64,000 nucleotides of DNA, taken from positions 78,988,001 through 79,052,000 of the forward strand of contig NC_043001.1 of the NCBI RefSeq assembly GCF_006345805.1, written 5' to 3'. This document shows positions 1-13,884 of the stretch, piece by piece (positions within the stretch are counted from its first letter, which is position 1; each line of letters opens with the position of its first letter). The notes beneath the pieces are model-generated. The model worked only from the letters and a program-made list of their open reading frames with translations. It did not search any database and was not told the origin of the DNA. Both the position numbers and the translations under genes were made by a program. The DNA is from Octopus sinensis (lineage: Eukaryota).

Positions 1-299
1 CGGTCTCATTTTACTTCTTTGTTTTCAATGGCATTTCTTACTTTCCACCCATGACCTCTGAGTTGAGTACTCTGTCTGATTGGATTGTTCTGCACCCTCT
101 ACCACTCTTCCATTACCATAGGATTTTCCGAAGATGAAATGACAAATGGAGTCGTCCTCAAGTGAGATTTGTACATCATTGGATTATTGTGATAACCGCT
201 TGTACTACACGAGAACTCTCTGAGATTCTGTGACTAGCTACCTAGTGACAGGGCTAAGTATGTAGTAAAGTCCTCTCCCGAGTCATGTAGATCATAGTG

Positions 300-505
300 C
301 TGCTTTCCCGGTTTCCATAACGTACATAGTCCCCACCTGGATGGGACGCTAGTCCGACGCAGGAATACTCATTTTTCCAACTGAGCGAAGTGAAGCAACA
401 TGAAAAAACAGTTTTTTGCTCAAGAACACAGCGTGACACCTGGTTCAGGAATCGAAATCCACAATCTTACGATAATGAGTCCAACCCATATGCCACGCAT
501 CGGCT
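300..505 (-). mobile_element. Degenerate tRNA-derived SINE (family C)
   Basis: Reverse complement has a B-box-like TTTCGATTCC followed by TGTGTTCTTGAGCAAAAAAC...TTTCATGTTGCTTCA, like the family C copy at 34381. Confidence 0.5.
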
Positions 506-1284
506 AAAGAAATGCTTAACCATTGCGTGATGCCGTAGGTTTTATTGAAGAATGTCTCACTTCTAGAAGGACGCAGTGACAACACCTTGGTGATGCTGAT
601 TACCGGAGGTTTGACTACATGCCCTCACACCAAACGAAAGTATTTCTCCGTCCCTGTGCTTTAAGTAATTGTCACCATATATGCGACTTAAACTATAGCT
701 GGAATTCTGACAGGTACTACTACTCCGAGTGAGAGTAGACCTCGAAACAACAGTGACTAAGAGGTGGTCCCAAACTCTTCAGAACCCTGGAAATTCAGAA
801 TCAGAGCCTCGCTATATTAGATATCAAATATAATTTAGTAGAACTAAAAACAAAACTCTCTACATACTAACCTCACATACTCATACTCAGAATCGCATAC
901 ACAGCATATCTGTGAGTGTATGCTTACGTATAGATTTTTATATATGAATGAATACTTTTATATATGAATGTATACTTACACATGTAGGCATATAGAGGGT
1001 GCAGCAGAAAATTCTCCCATATCTTCCCGACCCTTAATATAGCGTTAGAGAACTTTAACAGATGGTAATGGTGCGTTCATGTAACTAATGTTTAATTGTT
1101 TTCAGTTACTCTCATGATCGTCGCTTCGACCTATGAACACAGTGTGTTTTGTATTGAAACACTCAGCAAGACTGGTAAATCAGAAGTATTTGAACGCATC
1201 CAGAAAATGCGTATTTATATGTGTTTGAGGTGTATGTGTTTGTGACAATGTATATATGTAAGTATATATGTGTATATATATATA

Positions 1285-1332
<48 letters not shown>

Positions 1333-1339
<7 letters not shown>

Positions 1340-1698
1340 CATACATACATACATACACTCACACATGTAGTAGTACGCACACACAAACGTGTGTGTGTGC
1401 GTATTTGTGCATGTGTGTTTGAGAGTCTGTCTCTGTTGTGCAAACTACTATCTGTTACTGATCACAAAGCTGAAGAAAGAAAAAAAAACCTACATTCTAA
1501 TTATGAACTATAAAACTGATTTACGTCCCGCCCCTTGCGACAGTATAAATACAGTGTTCACATATACAAATAATTATATTTATAAATAACATTTGTGAGT
1601 GCACCACATACCCATATATACATATATACATATATGTATATAAATATGTGTGTGTGTATAGATATGTAACTATATATGCATATATATTTTGCATATAT

Positions 1699-1745
<47 letters not shown>

Positions 1746-2120
1746 CATACATACATACATACACTCACACATGTAGTAGTACGCACACACAAACGTGTGT
1801 GTGTGCGTATTTGTGCATGTGTGTTTGAGAGTCTGTCTCTGTTGTGCAAACTACTATCTGTTACTGATCACAAAGCTGAAGAAAGAAAAAAAAACCTACA
1901 TTCTAATTATGAACTATAAACTGATTTACGTCCCGCCCCTTGCGACAGTATAAATACAGTGTTCACATATACAATAATTATATTTATAAATAACATTTGT
2001 GAGTGCACACATACCCATATATACATATATACATATATGTATATAAATATGTGTGTGTGTATAGATATGTAACTATATATGCATATATATTTTGCATATA
2101 TACACACACACACACACACA
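1333..2120. repeat. Near-identical tandem duplication, unit ~406 bp
   Basis: ACACATGTAGTAGTACGCAC occurs at 1361 and 1767; the flanking unique sequence is repeated with only small indels and the boundaries lie in (TA)/(CA) tracts. Confidence 0.9.
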
Positions 2121-2130
2121 ACACACACAC

Positions 2131-2192
<62 letters not shown>

Positions 2193-2229
2193 AAATGATA
2201 TATATATATATATATATATATATATCTAT

Positions 2230-2263
<34 letters not shown>

Positions 2264-2422
2264 ATATATATATATACATATATATATATAATACATATAT
2301 ATATACATATATATATTAATTCACTATATATTTTTTATATAATATATATCACCAAACCTATATGAATGTGTGTACGGATATATACATACATGCATATATT
2401 AGAAGGTTTGCATATATATATA

Positions 2423-2474
<52 letters not shown>

Positions 2475-3259
2475 TATACAGAGTGGGAGAGACTGAGAAG
2501 GAAAGAGAAAATGAGACATAAGGCAGGCAGTCAGACAGACAAACAGACAAGACACACATTGTATTTTCTGTTGTGAACGAATGAAAAAGTTCTCAAGATC
2601 CACAGTGGTGTTATAAATTGTTATTCTAACTTCTTATTGTTTATTAAATATTAAACATTAAATATACTTTCGCAGATATAATCACACATCTCTACAAACC
2701 ACACTGGCATACGCATGCTCACAAATACGTACACAACATACTTTTGTTTGTTTTGTCGTGTATGATTATGCAATTCTATATGTGCATATGTGTGTACTTA
2801 CCTATATATAATATTATTTCCGTGTCTATCAATGAATAGGATTTCTTTTTATTTATAAGAGAATGTATTTACATGTTTATGAATATGAATGCAAAATCAC
2901 ACACATAAAAATAGTAACACGTGCGCACAATGCCATCCATCTAGCTGGATGGGTGTCTCCTAATATCCATATTTCTATGTTTATCTGATATGAATTCTTA
3001 TGTTAAAAGGTGATGTATTATTTACAACTTAGATCTGAAATGCATTGATAAACTGCGATAGTTATAGCGTTAAGTAATTACTTTCTTTTTTATATTCCAT
3101 GATAACAAATACATCTGAAATATCTTACATTTTGTTTATTATACGTATATCCTCGTTTATCACGTAGGTTTGGTTACAAAAAATGATAGTGATATATGAG
3201 CCAGATATAGACGAAACATTTACACTCATTTTGGAATCGGAACGAATGGTAGATTATAT

Positions 3260-3822
3260 GTTTCAAATTTCGGCACAGGGCCAGCAATTTCGGTATAGGT
3301 GGTAAGTCGATTGCATCGATCCCAGTACACAACCCGTACTTATTTTATCGATCCTGAAAAGATGAGAGACGAAGTAGACCTTCGCGGAATTTACACTCAG
3401 TACGTTAAGACGAACTACCCACAAGGGGCTAAACACAGAGAGACCAAACAAGGACAGACAAACGGATTAAGTCGATTATATCGACTCCAGTGCGTAACTG
3501 GTATTTATTTAATCGAATCCAAAAGAATGAAAAGTAAAGACGACCTCGGCTGAATTTGAACTCAGAACGTAGCGGGAGACGAAATACCTATTTCTTTATT
3601 ACCCACAAGGGGCTAAACACAGAGAGGACAACACAAGGACAGACAAACGGATTAAGTCGATTATATCGACCCCAGTGTGTAACTGGTACTTATTTAATCG
3701 ACCCCGAAAGGATGAAAGGCAAAGTCGACCTCGGCGGAATTTGAACTCAGAACGTAGCGGGGGACGAAATACCGCTATGCATTTCACCCGGTGTGAATTC
3801 AATTCTGCCAGCTCACCACCTT
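3260..3822 (-). mobile_element. tRNA-derived SINE family A, head-to-tail multimer
   Basis: Sense head AAGGTGGTGAGCTGGCAGAATTG (A-box), B-box GAGTTCAAATTCC and central GCCTTTCATCCTTTCGGGGTCGAT. Three bodies; two share the tail ACCCACAAGGGGCTAAACACAGAG (+ strand). Confidence 0.85.
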
Positions 3823-3844
3823 AAATAGTAATGGTCATATTGGA

Positions 3845-4555
3845 TTCAAATTTTGGCCTTAGGCCAGCAATTTCGTGGGTGGGATTAGTCGATTACATCA
3901 ACCCCAGCTCTCAGCTGGTACTTAATGGGATGTCCGGAAAGTTCATGCCGATTTTGAAAGGAAAGAAGAAGGTCAATAAATACTTACCATTATATTTTTA
4001 ATCAACCAAATATGAACCATTTTGTTGCACAATGCATCTACTTCTTTCCTTTAACTTGAAAATACCCTCTTCCCTGAATTGAGGCGGTTTCATGGCAAGA
4101 ATTCATCAAGGCATCTTTTTATGTCATCCAAGGAATTGAAACTTTTACCATTAAGACTATTCTGCAGAGACCTGAATAAGTGGAAATCTGAAGGAGCAAT
4201 ATCTGGTGAATATGCAGCCGAGCTGCAGCAATTTTTTTCTGGTTCCTAAAGCATCAAGTGCCGAAAATGAACTTTCTTATCTTCCATTTAAAGTGTTACA
4301 GAATTAACACAGGTTATAGGAACATAAACCTTCTTCCACGAAAAGATAGCTTAAACGGTGCTCTAAATGGAGGTGTAGTTAAATCTTATTTTATGGACTC
4401 AACCATGTTCTAAAATAAGTCGAATGGTAAGTTACTATAAATCGGCACGAACTTTCCGGAAAACCCTATAATTCATCAACCCCTAAAGAATAAAGGTAAA
4501 GTCAACCACGACTGAATTTGAATTCAGAACGCAGGCATGCCGCTAAGCCGCCTTA
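3845..4555 (-). mobile_element. SINE family A split by a mariner insertion
   Basis: SINE sequence stops at GGTACTTA (3924) and resumes at ATTCATCAACCCC (4471). Confidence 0.8.
3925..4468 (-). mobile_element. Internally deleted mariner transposon
   Basis: ~28-bp TIRs (GGGATGTCCGGAAAGTTCATGCCGATTT / AAATCGGCACGAACTTTCCGGAAAACCC) with TA on both sides. Minus strand encodes YSPDIAPSDFHLFRSLQNSLNGKSFNSLDDIK...EEGIFKLKER...IVQQNGSYLVD*, matching the mariner YSPDLAPSD C-terminus. Confidence 0.92.
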
Positions 4556-6422
4556 AATGGTAGATATATTGACATCAAACCCGCTGGTCATATTAGTGAA
4601 GCTTCCTCTGTCACGTATTTTCTTGACTATTTCTGTCTTTCTCTGCTGACAATAACTCATCTGCATCGTTTGTTAGGTATAGACATACGCAGCCTTGCAG
4701 CAGTATCATGTAAACCCAAGTGACAGTCAATGCATTCTCGGTATCAAAGCGTTCTGGATGGTCGGTAGTTCGAGCCGGCAGAATTTGAACTGAGAACGTA
4801 AAGACGGACGAAATGTCGCTAAGCATTTTGCTCAAAAGACTAAAATCCCCCCCCCCCGCCTTGTTATTCGTATACATCAGCCACGATAGCTGTGAGCAGT
4901 GAACTCTGGCAATATGCAGTATATGAATATATTCAGATGTTCTTTTTTGTTGTCGCTGACAATTGCGGTACTTAAAATGTGCAGAATAAGCAGCATCTGC
5001 GAAATTTTACTGGTGGCGCCATGATTGGGTCGCATAAAATCGGAGAAGAAAAACACTGAAATTAATATGCTACTCTATTTGGGAATAACATATCAGAATA
5101 GGGTGTTATGAACCGATTGCAAACTATCCTCTACTATTTCCCGATTACATTTAATGCATTGCATGAGTGAAATGTTTATGCTTCACGAAGAAATCATTGA
5201 ATAAAGGAAGAATCGTTAGGGCGTTAGATAAAATACCTTGCCGTATTTATTTTATTCATAAAATAAGTACCATTTGAACAGTGAGGTCGATGTGATCGAG
5301 TTACAGCTTGTAAATTGCTGGTCTGCGCCAGAAATAAAAAAAATAAGATATTATTTTGTTCAGCTGTGATTGTGGTTGAATTTTTCGTATGTTTAAAGTG
5401 AATTCCGTTATGTGATGCATTATGCACATTTTGCGCTTTCAGGGTATGTTATTTTAATCGATTGTAATTGTATAGAATCGTAATCGTGTGAATTGAAGTT
5501 AAAATATCGAGTGTCGATTATGTAATACTATGTATTATGATGGTATTTCTGTTTAGTGTCTGAGCAGTCTTCATCGAACAGACTTAATATCGAGGGCGTT
5601 CCAGCGTCGACAATCAATCTTACCGCTTTAATGTCTCTCAGAGACTATATTTTCAATCGAATTCTTCTGTATGCTAATGTGTGATCTGAAGGAGATCTAA
5701 CTGCTATTTCTTGTATATTCAAGAACCATATACATGGTTGGCTTGTGCTGGTTTGTGGTATATGTACCTTTACCTTTTGTGTGAATTGTCTTATTTTATT
5801 GGGAGATCATCGGAGGGATAGTCACTGTTTGTTGTACGAAGAATATATTGTGTAAGTTGTACTTTCGGATTGAAAATACCTTGCATAGGATATGGTTTGC
5901 AGCTACCCGGTGTATATTTAGCACTATGAGCAAACCTGGAGGTTCTGGTATGATTTTATTTATATTTATCCTTATCATTACTTGTACTGCAATTTTTAAC
6001 GATCCTGCCTTCATCTTCATACACAATGGCCTTCTTTTAATTTCCACATGATTGTATTTTGGACACTTCATCGATATCCTCTAGCCAATAGTTAGGTTGG
6101 ATGAAGTCGTGATATTTTGAAAGTACAGACATTTCGTTCCCAAAAGGGGTTGAATTTTCATGGTCTCTCAAAGAACATTGAAAATAACGCGCACCAATGC
6201 AATTATCGATATATTTTAATCCACTTTAATGGTATCCAAACCATCTGTCGCTATTTTGCAGTGGTATATATATGATTCCGACACAATGGTGTAAGTGAAT
6301 TTTCCCGGGTAAATCAAGGAATAGGAAGCCCCAAATGAGAGGAACAATTTGTCAACTTGTAATAATTCAACAGTCACACTTGATATTAACGCCTGATTCA
6401 CATTATTTTGCTCTTAAAGAAA

Positions 6423-6611
6423 TTGTATATACTCGTGGATAAACCACATTCGTATATAAGTCGCACTCCAATTTAGTGTTAAGTCTTAGCACAAATGTTC
6501 TCCTATCAAATTCAAATGTGATATCAGCGTTGCCCCGACTTTAAGTTGCACCAACTTTTTTCAGACGAAATCAAATATAACAATGCGCAACTTATATACG
6601 AGTGAATACAA
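6423..6611. mobile_element. Tc1/mariner-superfamily (pogo/Tc2-like) MITE
   Basis: Imperfect TIRs TTGTATATACTCGTGGATAA / TTATATACGAGTGAATACAA, with internal TAAG(T)YGCAC subterminal repeats. Confidence 0.55.
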
Positions 6612-7413
6612 TAATTGCTCTTTTTATTAGGTTTACTACGTTAAAATTTTTAATTTAATAATATTTCTATTTTTATATTGTTATGATTATTATTATTATT
6701 ACGATTATTGTTCTCGTTATGAATGTTTGCTCTTTCCTAATCAAATAGTCTTATACTCAAATGCACCGAAGCTATGGTAACACAGCACAATTTTCAGGAA
6801 TATTAAACCTACAAATACACATTATGCACCAAACTGTCTATTTTTATGATCATACGTTGAGATCAAAGGTCATTTTGCTGCTATTTCTAGTACGGCCAGC
6901 GACTCTATTGATTATCCGTAAAGTCTCACCTCGTTGGTTCATTAATGTTATTATTGTAATCGTAGCCGAAATTGTTAGTGTTATTATTGTTGTTGTATGT
7001 CTATATTCACAACACATTGTATGGTAGGAAAATATATTACCATTATCTTCGCTCTTGTATTTTCAAGTGTTACACTGTGCATAGATGTACATATACATAC
7101 ATATACAAAGGCATAAGCCATATATATATATATAATATACATGAAAATAGATGTACATATACACACACGCATGTATGTATATATATATATATATATACAT
7201 CTATATACCTGTAAGTATGTATGTATGTATGTATCACTTTAAATTGCTTTAAAATGTTCGAATCAATATTGTAACGTGGGCTTTAAACATACTTCGCAGT
7301 GAATACAATGGCAATAAATTTTATTCAATTCAATTCAATTGATCAAGAAAATGGAGTAAATGTGTAAATTTCGATGTTGGTATTATTCAAAGAATAGCAA
7401 AAGAAAGAAAAAA

Positions 7414-7454
<41 letters not shown>

Positions 7455-7859
7455 CCAACAGAATGTAAAAGTAATGTAAAAACAGTAAGATTGAGTGTGA
7501 AAGTGTGCCTCTGTGTGTGTGTGTGTATGCATTTATGTGTTGGTGAACGGTTACAATTGTGTAGGTACATGCGTATAATTTACATATACATGTATGAATA
7601 TATTAATGTATGTATTTACTCATATATCTACACACACACATACACACACGCACTCTCACACATATATTTATGTATATATGCATATATGTGAAATAAAACA
7701 AGAATATTTATCTAACTATTTATTAATCTGTTCATTTAGCTATCGGTCTATCTATTTCTCCATCTGTCTGTTGGTGTTTCTCTCTCTCTCTTTCTCACCC
7801 TCTCTCTAATATTTCATAATGTTAATAAAAGTTATTCACATTAGTAAGCTTTAACTAGC

Positions 7860-7990
7860 AATCTTTTGAACCTAGAACGATGAAGGGCAAAGTCGATCTC
7901 AGCGGAATTTGAACTCACAACGTAACGCAGACGAAATACCGCGAAGCATTTCCCTCAGCGTGCTAACGCTTCAGCCAACTCGCCGCCAAC
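7860..7990 (-). mobile_element. SINE family A, 5' half
   Basis: GGCAAAGTCGATCTCAGCGGAATTTGAACTCACAACG...GCCAACTCGCCGCC matches family A. Confidence 0.75.
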
Positions 7991-8464
7991 AGCAAGAACA
8001 ACCGCGACGGCCACGATTATGTGGGAAACCACATATTTTCAGCAATGAGAGTAATTTTTAACTTAATTACCAATATCGGTTTAGAATACAAATATCGTGA
8101 AGAAACAAACCAGGAAATCAGTACGTGGTTGCTGAGAATTGTAGAAATCGAAGTACAACGTTCTTCAAATCACCTATCGTATTTTAAAATATTAAAAGTC
8201 TCATAGCATAACGTATACTTAGATTCTGTTAGAGGGCAAGTCCGAAGTAGTAGGCTTTTAATACTGTTTATTCTATAAGTATTTACATCGTGCGCTACAG
8301 CAACATGAATAATGAAATTAATTGTTTGCTTGTCTTGCTAGAAATGGCAGCCAATAGCCTTCAAATCAAAACGTACCGACTTAAGATTTGCATATTGAAG
8401 TGTTGCACATTGGATAAAGAGATAACTGATATACTGCATAATGATGTATTACATACACACGCAC

Positions 8465-8496
<32 letters not shown>

Positions 8497-8799
8497 TATA
8501 TATTATTTATTTATATATATATATATATACATATACATTTATATAAATGTGTTTGTTTAAGTGTATGCATGTATGCTTGTATACACGCATGCATGCTTGC
8601 ATTATATAGGTATTTATGTATGTATGCATTCTTATATATAAGCATATATATGCCTGTATACATACATTTAGTAACTTCTTTAGGCGTGGCGTATTATTGT
8701 AATTTATTATATCATTGCAATACATCTAATAAGCCTACCTGCAACAGTTTTGTTTTCCAAGTTTGAAGGAGACGGCAAAAACAGCATTTTAAATACGCC

Positions 8800-9948
8800 C
8801 TTCGATTTGATTTGTGGTTGAACAAGCTGGAACAACTCCTATTATACTTTTTGTAGAAGGGAAGAGGACCAATAGTAAGGCGCTCTCTCTGCTGCAAAAA
8901 ACCGTTAAAGGGTGGGCTAGGGATGCCGTGGCCAAGGATGCGCAAGTTCGCACTAAGGCTTAGACACCTCTAGCACTACGTGGAATGTGAACAGGTGTGG
9001 TCACCGCACGTGAGGTTTTTCTCTCAATTGACATCCCTACGGAATATTGGTCCATGGATCAACCGTAGACCTAGTATGTCTACAGGCACTCAAGCTGCTC
9101 TCCCAGGTGGGCAATACGGGCAGCAGGAGTTCCACAGCGGATTTCTATAGCGGGCTGGTAGAGTATATATCAGACGATGTGCTGGGAGACACTCTGGGTG
9201 TCGATTGAAGTCAGTTGACCAACCTTCTTAGGAGAAATTTTTAACCGGGGTAATTGCCAAAAATCTCCGGCCTGGTTATGCTATTGATCAGCCTTACCTG
9301 TTCGAGAGAAATTCTCGAGACAGATCGTGCCGGCCCACTTACATGCCCGAGGTGTGGGCAGGGCAGTGAAACTGTCCTGCACACGTTCGTACAGTGTACA
9401 GGATTAACGGGACTGATATCCTTTACTGAACAACTGTTGTCGACAATGGGAAGCGTACAGCTATCAGCTGAGTCGATTATAAAGATTGTCCCACCTCCCT
9501 CCTAACAGGGAGAAGAAGGCCTGTTTTTTCTGCGTAGTAGCCATTCTGAAAGAGACAGTATGGAAGACACGTGCAAGAGGGAACTCGACAGGTACCTTCA
9601 TCACCGGGCAAGGGTTGGTTAGCTTTTTTACCTACCACCTGAAGAGCAAGATCTGACTGAAGAAGAAATACCTGTCGCACAGTATGTACACAAAAAGATG
9701 GAAGTCTGCAGAAAAGATGCTGTGCGTGACTGGAACCAGGCAGGTGGCTTCAACGGAAAACAAAAGGGTATCATGTCGGGTGTCGACTAGATGTCTTGAC
9801 ATCATACAAAGACTTTTTAATCCTGTTTAAATGTTTAAAAAGCCATACCATTGTAAACCAAGGGACATGACCTCCTCGCCACCTTTTTATGTATTGCCTG
9901 TCCTTGTTTGTCCGCTTTTTGTTGGGCTCATGTGGCCAAATAAAAGAA
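8800..9948 (+). mobile_element. Tx1/L1-clade LINE ORF2 3' fragment, decayed
   Basis: Translates KLEQLLLYFL*KGRGPIVRRSLCCKKPLKGGLGMP, then a CCHC knuckle CPRCGQGSETVLHTFVQC (ORF 9254-9505). Multiple stops and frameshifts; AATAAA near 9938. Confidence 0.8.
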
Positions 9949-10729
9949 GCACAATCGGCGAAGCACGCTGTTCGGGACAGTCCCGCAGAGACGGAATACG
10001 TTGTCAATAATGCGGGACATAACAACATCTTTGTATATTTACATACTTAATCGTTTATTCAAATGCCTATGCTTCTGATTATATGGAAAATATGGGTGGC
10101 TCACAATACTCCAGATTAGTTGCACAATTTTCTAATATTCTTTGGCAATATTTTCAAGGCCTCTGTAATGACAACCAGTTTAAACTCTAAATTTCTATCA
10201 TTTTGGATGAAGAAGAAAGCTACATTTGGAACGTAAATTATCTACCATCGACAATCAAAGAACGAAAAGACATAATCAGACAAATTTCATTATATTTTAT
10301 TTACTGACAAACAAGCCAAGACATTCTATTAGAGAGATAATTGTTTAAGATAGTAAAACTTGTTTATTATTTAATTATTTCAGACTAGAAGCATACGAAG
10401 TTTAGCTATTGAAGAATTTAACAGAGTGCTGAATGAATATACTTTGCTGTCTGTAATGTAATAATAATTCACCAAAGAACAGCTTCAAGCTGTTCGCCCA
10501 AACATAACATTACATACAGAGATACGTTTGCTGAAAAACAAGCAAATGAATGAAATATACTAATCACCAAAGCAAACACGAAAATAAATCAGCGAGAAAT
10601 ATAAAGTACATGCAGCACTGGTTTTGCATGGCCTGAATTATAATGTAGTAAATAAATACATTTACCTGTATGTATTTAGAAAAGTCTGGAGGTGTTCATT
10701 TATAATGACGACGGCTAAAATATATACAT

Positions 10730-10907
10730 AAGCACAGGCGTAAATGTGTGGTGAGAAGCTTGCTTCCCAACCACATGGTTTCAGTTCCAGTCCCACTGTG
10801 TGACACTTTGGGCGAGTGTCTTGTACTATAGCCTCGAGCCGATTAAAGTCTTGTAAGCAGATTCGGTAGACGGAAATCGGAAGAAGCCAGTCGTATATAT
10901 ATATGTA

Positions 10908-10996
<89 letters not shown>

Positions 10997-11005
10997 GTCT
11001 GTCTA

Positions 11006-11041
<36 letters not shown>

Positions 11042-11235
11042 TCTATCTATATTTATGTGCGTGTGTCTGTGTCTGTGTTTGGCGAACGATATTGGTGTAC
11101 TAACGTCCTCGTAACTTAGCGGTTTGGCAAATATGCCGATAGAATAAGTACTAGGTTTACAAAGAAGAAGTTCTGGGGTCGATTTATTTGCCTAAAATCC
11201 TTTCAGGCGGTGCTCCAGCATGGCCGCAGTCCAAT
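10730..11235 (+). mobile_element. tRNA-derived SINE family B with internal (TATC)n
   Basis: Head GTGTGGTGAGAAGCTTGCTTCCCAACCACATGG...TTGGGCGAGTGTC, an internal microsatellite, and 3' body CGTAACTTAGCGG...GGCGGTGCTCCAGCATGGCCGCAGTC. Confidence 0.85.
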
Positions 11236-11343
11236 ATTCTTTCACCATAAATCCTTTACACCTGACCTAAACCAATGAAAACATAGCCGCCCCACCCCAA
11301 AAATTAAAATGACATCAGTCTCATACTTTGAACTTCTCACATT

Positions 11344-11377
<34 letters not shown>

Positions 11378-11391
11378 CCTCTCGTTCTCTT

Positions 11392-11446
<55 letters not shown>

Positions 11447-11506
11447 GTGTGTGCATGTGTGTGTGTGCGTGTGTGTGTATACATACATACATACACACAC
11501 ACTCAT

Positions 11507-11537
<31 letters not shown>

Positions 11538-13674
11538 AGCAATAATACTCATTCTGGCATATACCCTGTAGTATGCCGTTTAAAGCATACTAAAGGAGAG
11601 TATAAAAGTAAGGAAGCAAATGGAATTCATGAGGCTTTTTATTCACTACTATCGTTTCAATCCATTGAACATTGGTAGTTCTCAGGTGATATGCTGTACA
11701 AACAATTGTGGTGAATCATATGTGCAGATGTATATCCTTTCCTACATGAGATCAGATCTTCGCTGTGCCTCAGTTCCTTGTGTAGATTTGCAGCACATTA
11801 CATCTACTAAAATGGATTTTTATAGACGTAAGAGAAAACGGTGAATCAAAAACGAGGTACCTTTTGCCAAATCACCTGAAGAGACATCTCCACGTATGAT
11901 GCACCAAAAGTTTTTGTACACATCTCAAGTGCGTGGTACCGGTGTACAAATGGGCTACAATTATCGTTCTAAATAAAAAGTTTCGTGAATTCTATTTTCT
12001 TTCACTTGCTGTGGAAGTGAAAATTGACAAAGCATGCGGCTTATAATAGATACTTGCTACAACTGACATGCAAAGGCACAGAAATGATTGAGCAATTACA
12101 CTGCTGCTGCTGGACGCCAAACATGTCTGTTGCTGAGACACGTTGCTGCTTTTTATCACTATACGTCAATACGATAAATTTTTCGGAAGATAAATACTAT
12201 AGCTATTTAATATCGATTTATTTATAAGAAATTCGACAAGGACATGTATCTTGGGCTACTTCATAGTTGATTCCAATAATTGGTTGGTATTGTATTTTAT
12301 GAAATATTGATGGGAAAATGTCAAATTTGATTTCAGCGGGAATTCGAAGTTATATATATATGTGTGGGTATCTGTGTGTTTGTGTTTTACCTTCACCACT
12401 GCTTGGCAACCGGTACTGGTTTATTTACGGAAAGCGATAGATGAAATACCAAGCTAAATGAATGTGATTCGTTCCACTAAAACCCTTTGGGGCGGTGCTT
12501 TTGCATGGCCGCTGTCAAATGACTGAAAGAAGTAAACGATAAATGTTGTATCCCTTATATTCCATATCGAACTGACCTTTGTCACAAATCTGCTCCCTTA
12601 TCTGGTTGATATAGTTTCTTCGATGGACCAGGCGTTTACCATAGCCATAATGTTTTATTTTTGTCTGTTATTGCTTTCTTTTAGGTCACATATGGTCAAA
12701 CAGACCTGTAATTTAAGGCTTAAAATCTTTTCTTATCGTCTCTTTTCTGGGATAGTTTATCATAGACTAAACTATCAAATATATTCATACATTTTTCTTA
12801 AGATTGCATGGTGTAATTCAATGAAGATGTTTTGCAGCGTTGCTGTTGTATAACCCCAGTTAAAGATTTCTAAAGGAAGCATATACTCTAAGACCTCCCA
12901 GGAGTAACCATTCCGTCTTTTACAGTTTCCAAATAATTTTATAAACTGCATTGTGTCATTCATTTTGCAAAACTATAAGATGAAATTTCAAGGTAATATG
13001 ACTGCTTTTTCTTTCTTACATAACAAGAGACTGAGTGAAACAGGCGTCCAGAATGTGTTCGACACAGAGCTTATAGTCCTGTAAGGTTATCGTTAGGGTC
13101 AACAAAGTACCTGAGCGTTGACTGATCTTCTGCACTCGAACGAAGACACTCTTACAAGAAATTAGATACCTAAAATAATGACCTACAATTTATGGATACA
13201 CATTTCTAATTTTTATACTTCCTTTCTATTAAATATATTATATCGCTGCCTAAACCATACTAAGATTGTTCCAATAATTTATCATTAGACAGAATCACAA
13301 AGCAAAGAAATGTTATATATAATACTTCTTTTCACATGAATGAATTGCCTTAGATTTTGTTCACTCATACGGTATAATTCTTTAATAATCGATAAACGAA
13401 TCAATTACGTTATTCATCATTAGTATTGTAGTCTAGTAATATTTTAAAATAATTTACCTTGGCTTCAGTTTCCTTGTCAAGAATGTACTAAAATTTGGGT
13501 CGTGGCAATGTTTAGTAATCGGTAGATTAGACCAAATAATCTAGTGAGGTGAGTGAGAGCTTAACAGCCATTGCGAAAAGAGGCTTGTCAGTTTATTAAT
13601 AATCGTGCATTTTACGGAGCAAATTAAGAAAAATATTTCATAAGGAGCAGGCGTTCAACTAGGTGCGTTTAAAT

Positions 13675-13834
13675 GGCGCAGGCATGGCTGTGGGGTAAAA
13701 AGCTTCGTTTCCAGTTACACAGACCCGGTTTCAGCCCCACTGTGTGGCACCTTGATCGAATATGTTGTACTCTAGATTTGGGCCGACCAAAATCTTAGTG
13801 GATATGGCAGACAGAAAGTGAAAGAAGCCTATCG

Positions 13835-13884
<50 letters not shown>

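Noticed and set aside
1163-2603. YI/CV/HT-repeat ORFs (also ~39500, 45450, 53350-54840, 56800-58140, 60850-61470)
   Set aside because: Translations of (TA)/(TG)/(CA) microsatellites that happen to lack stops.
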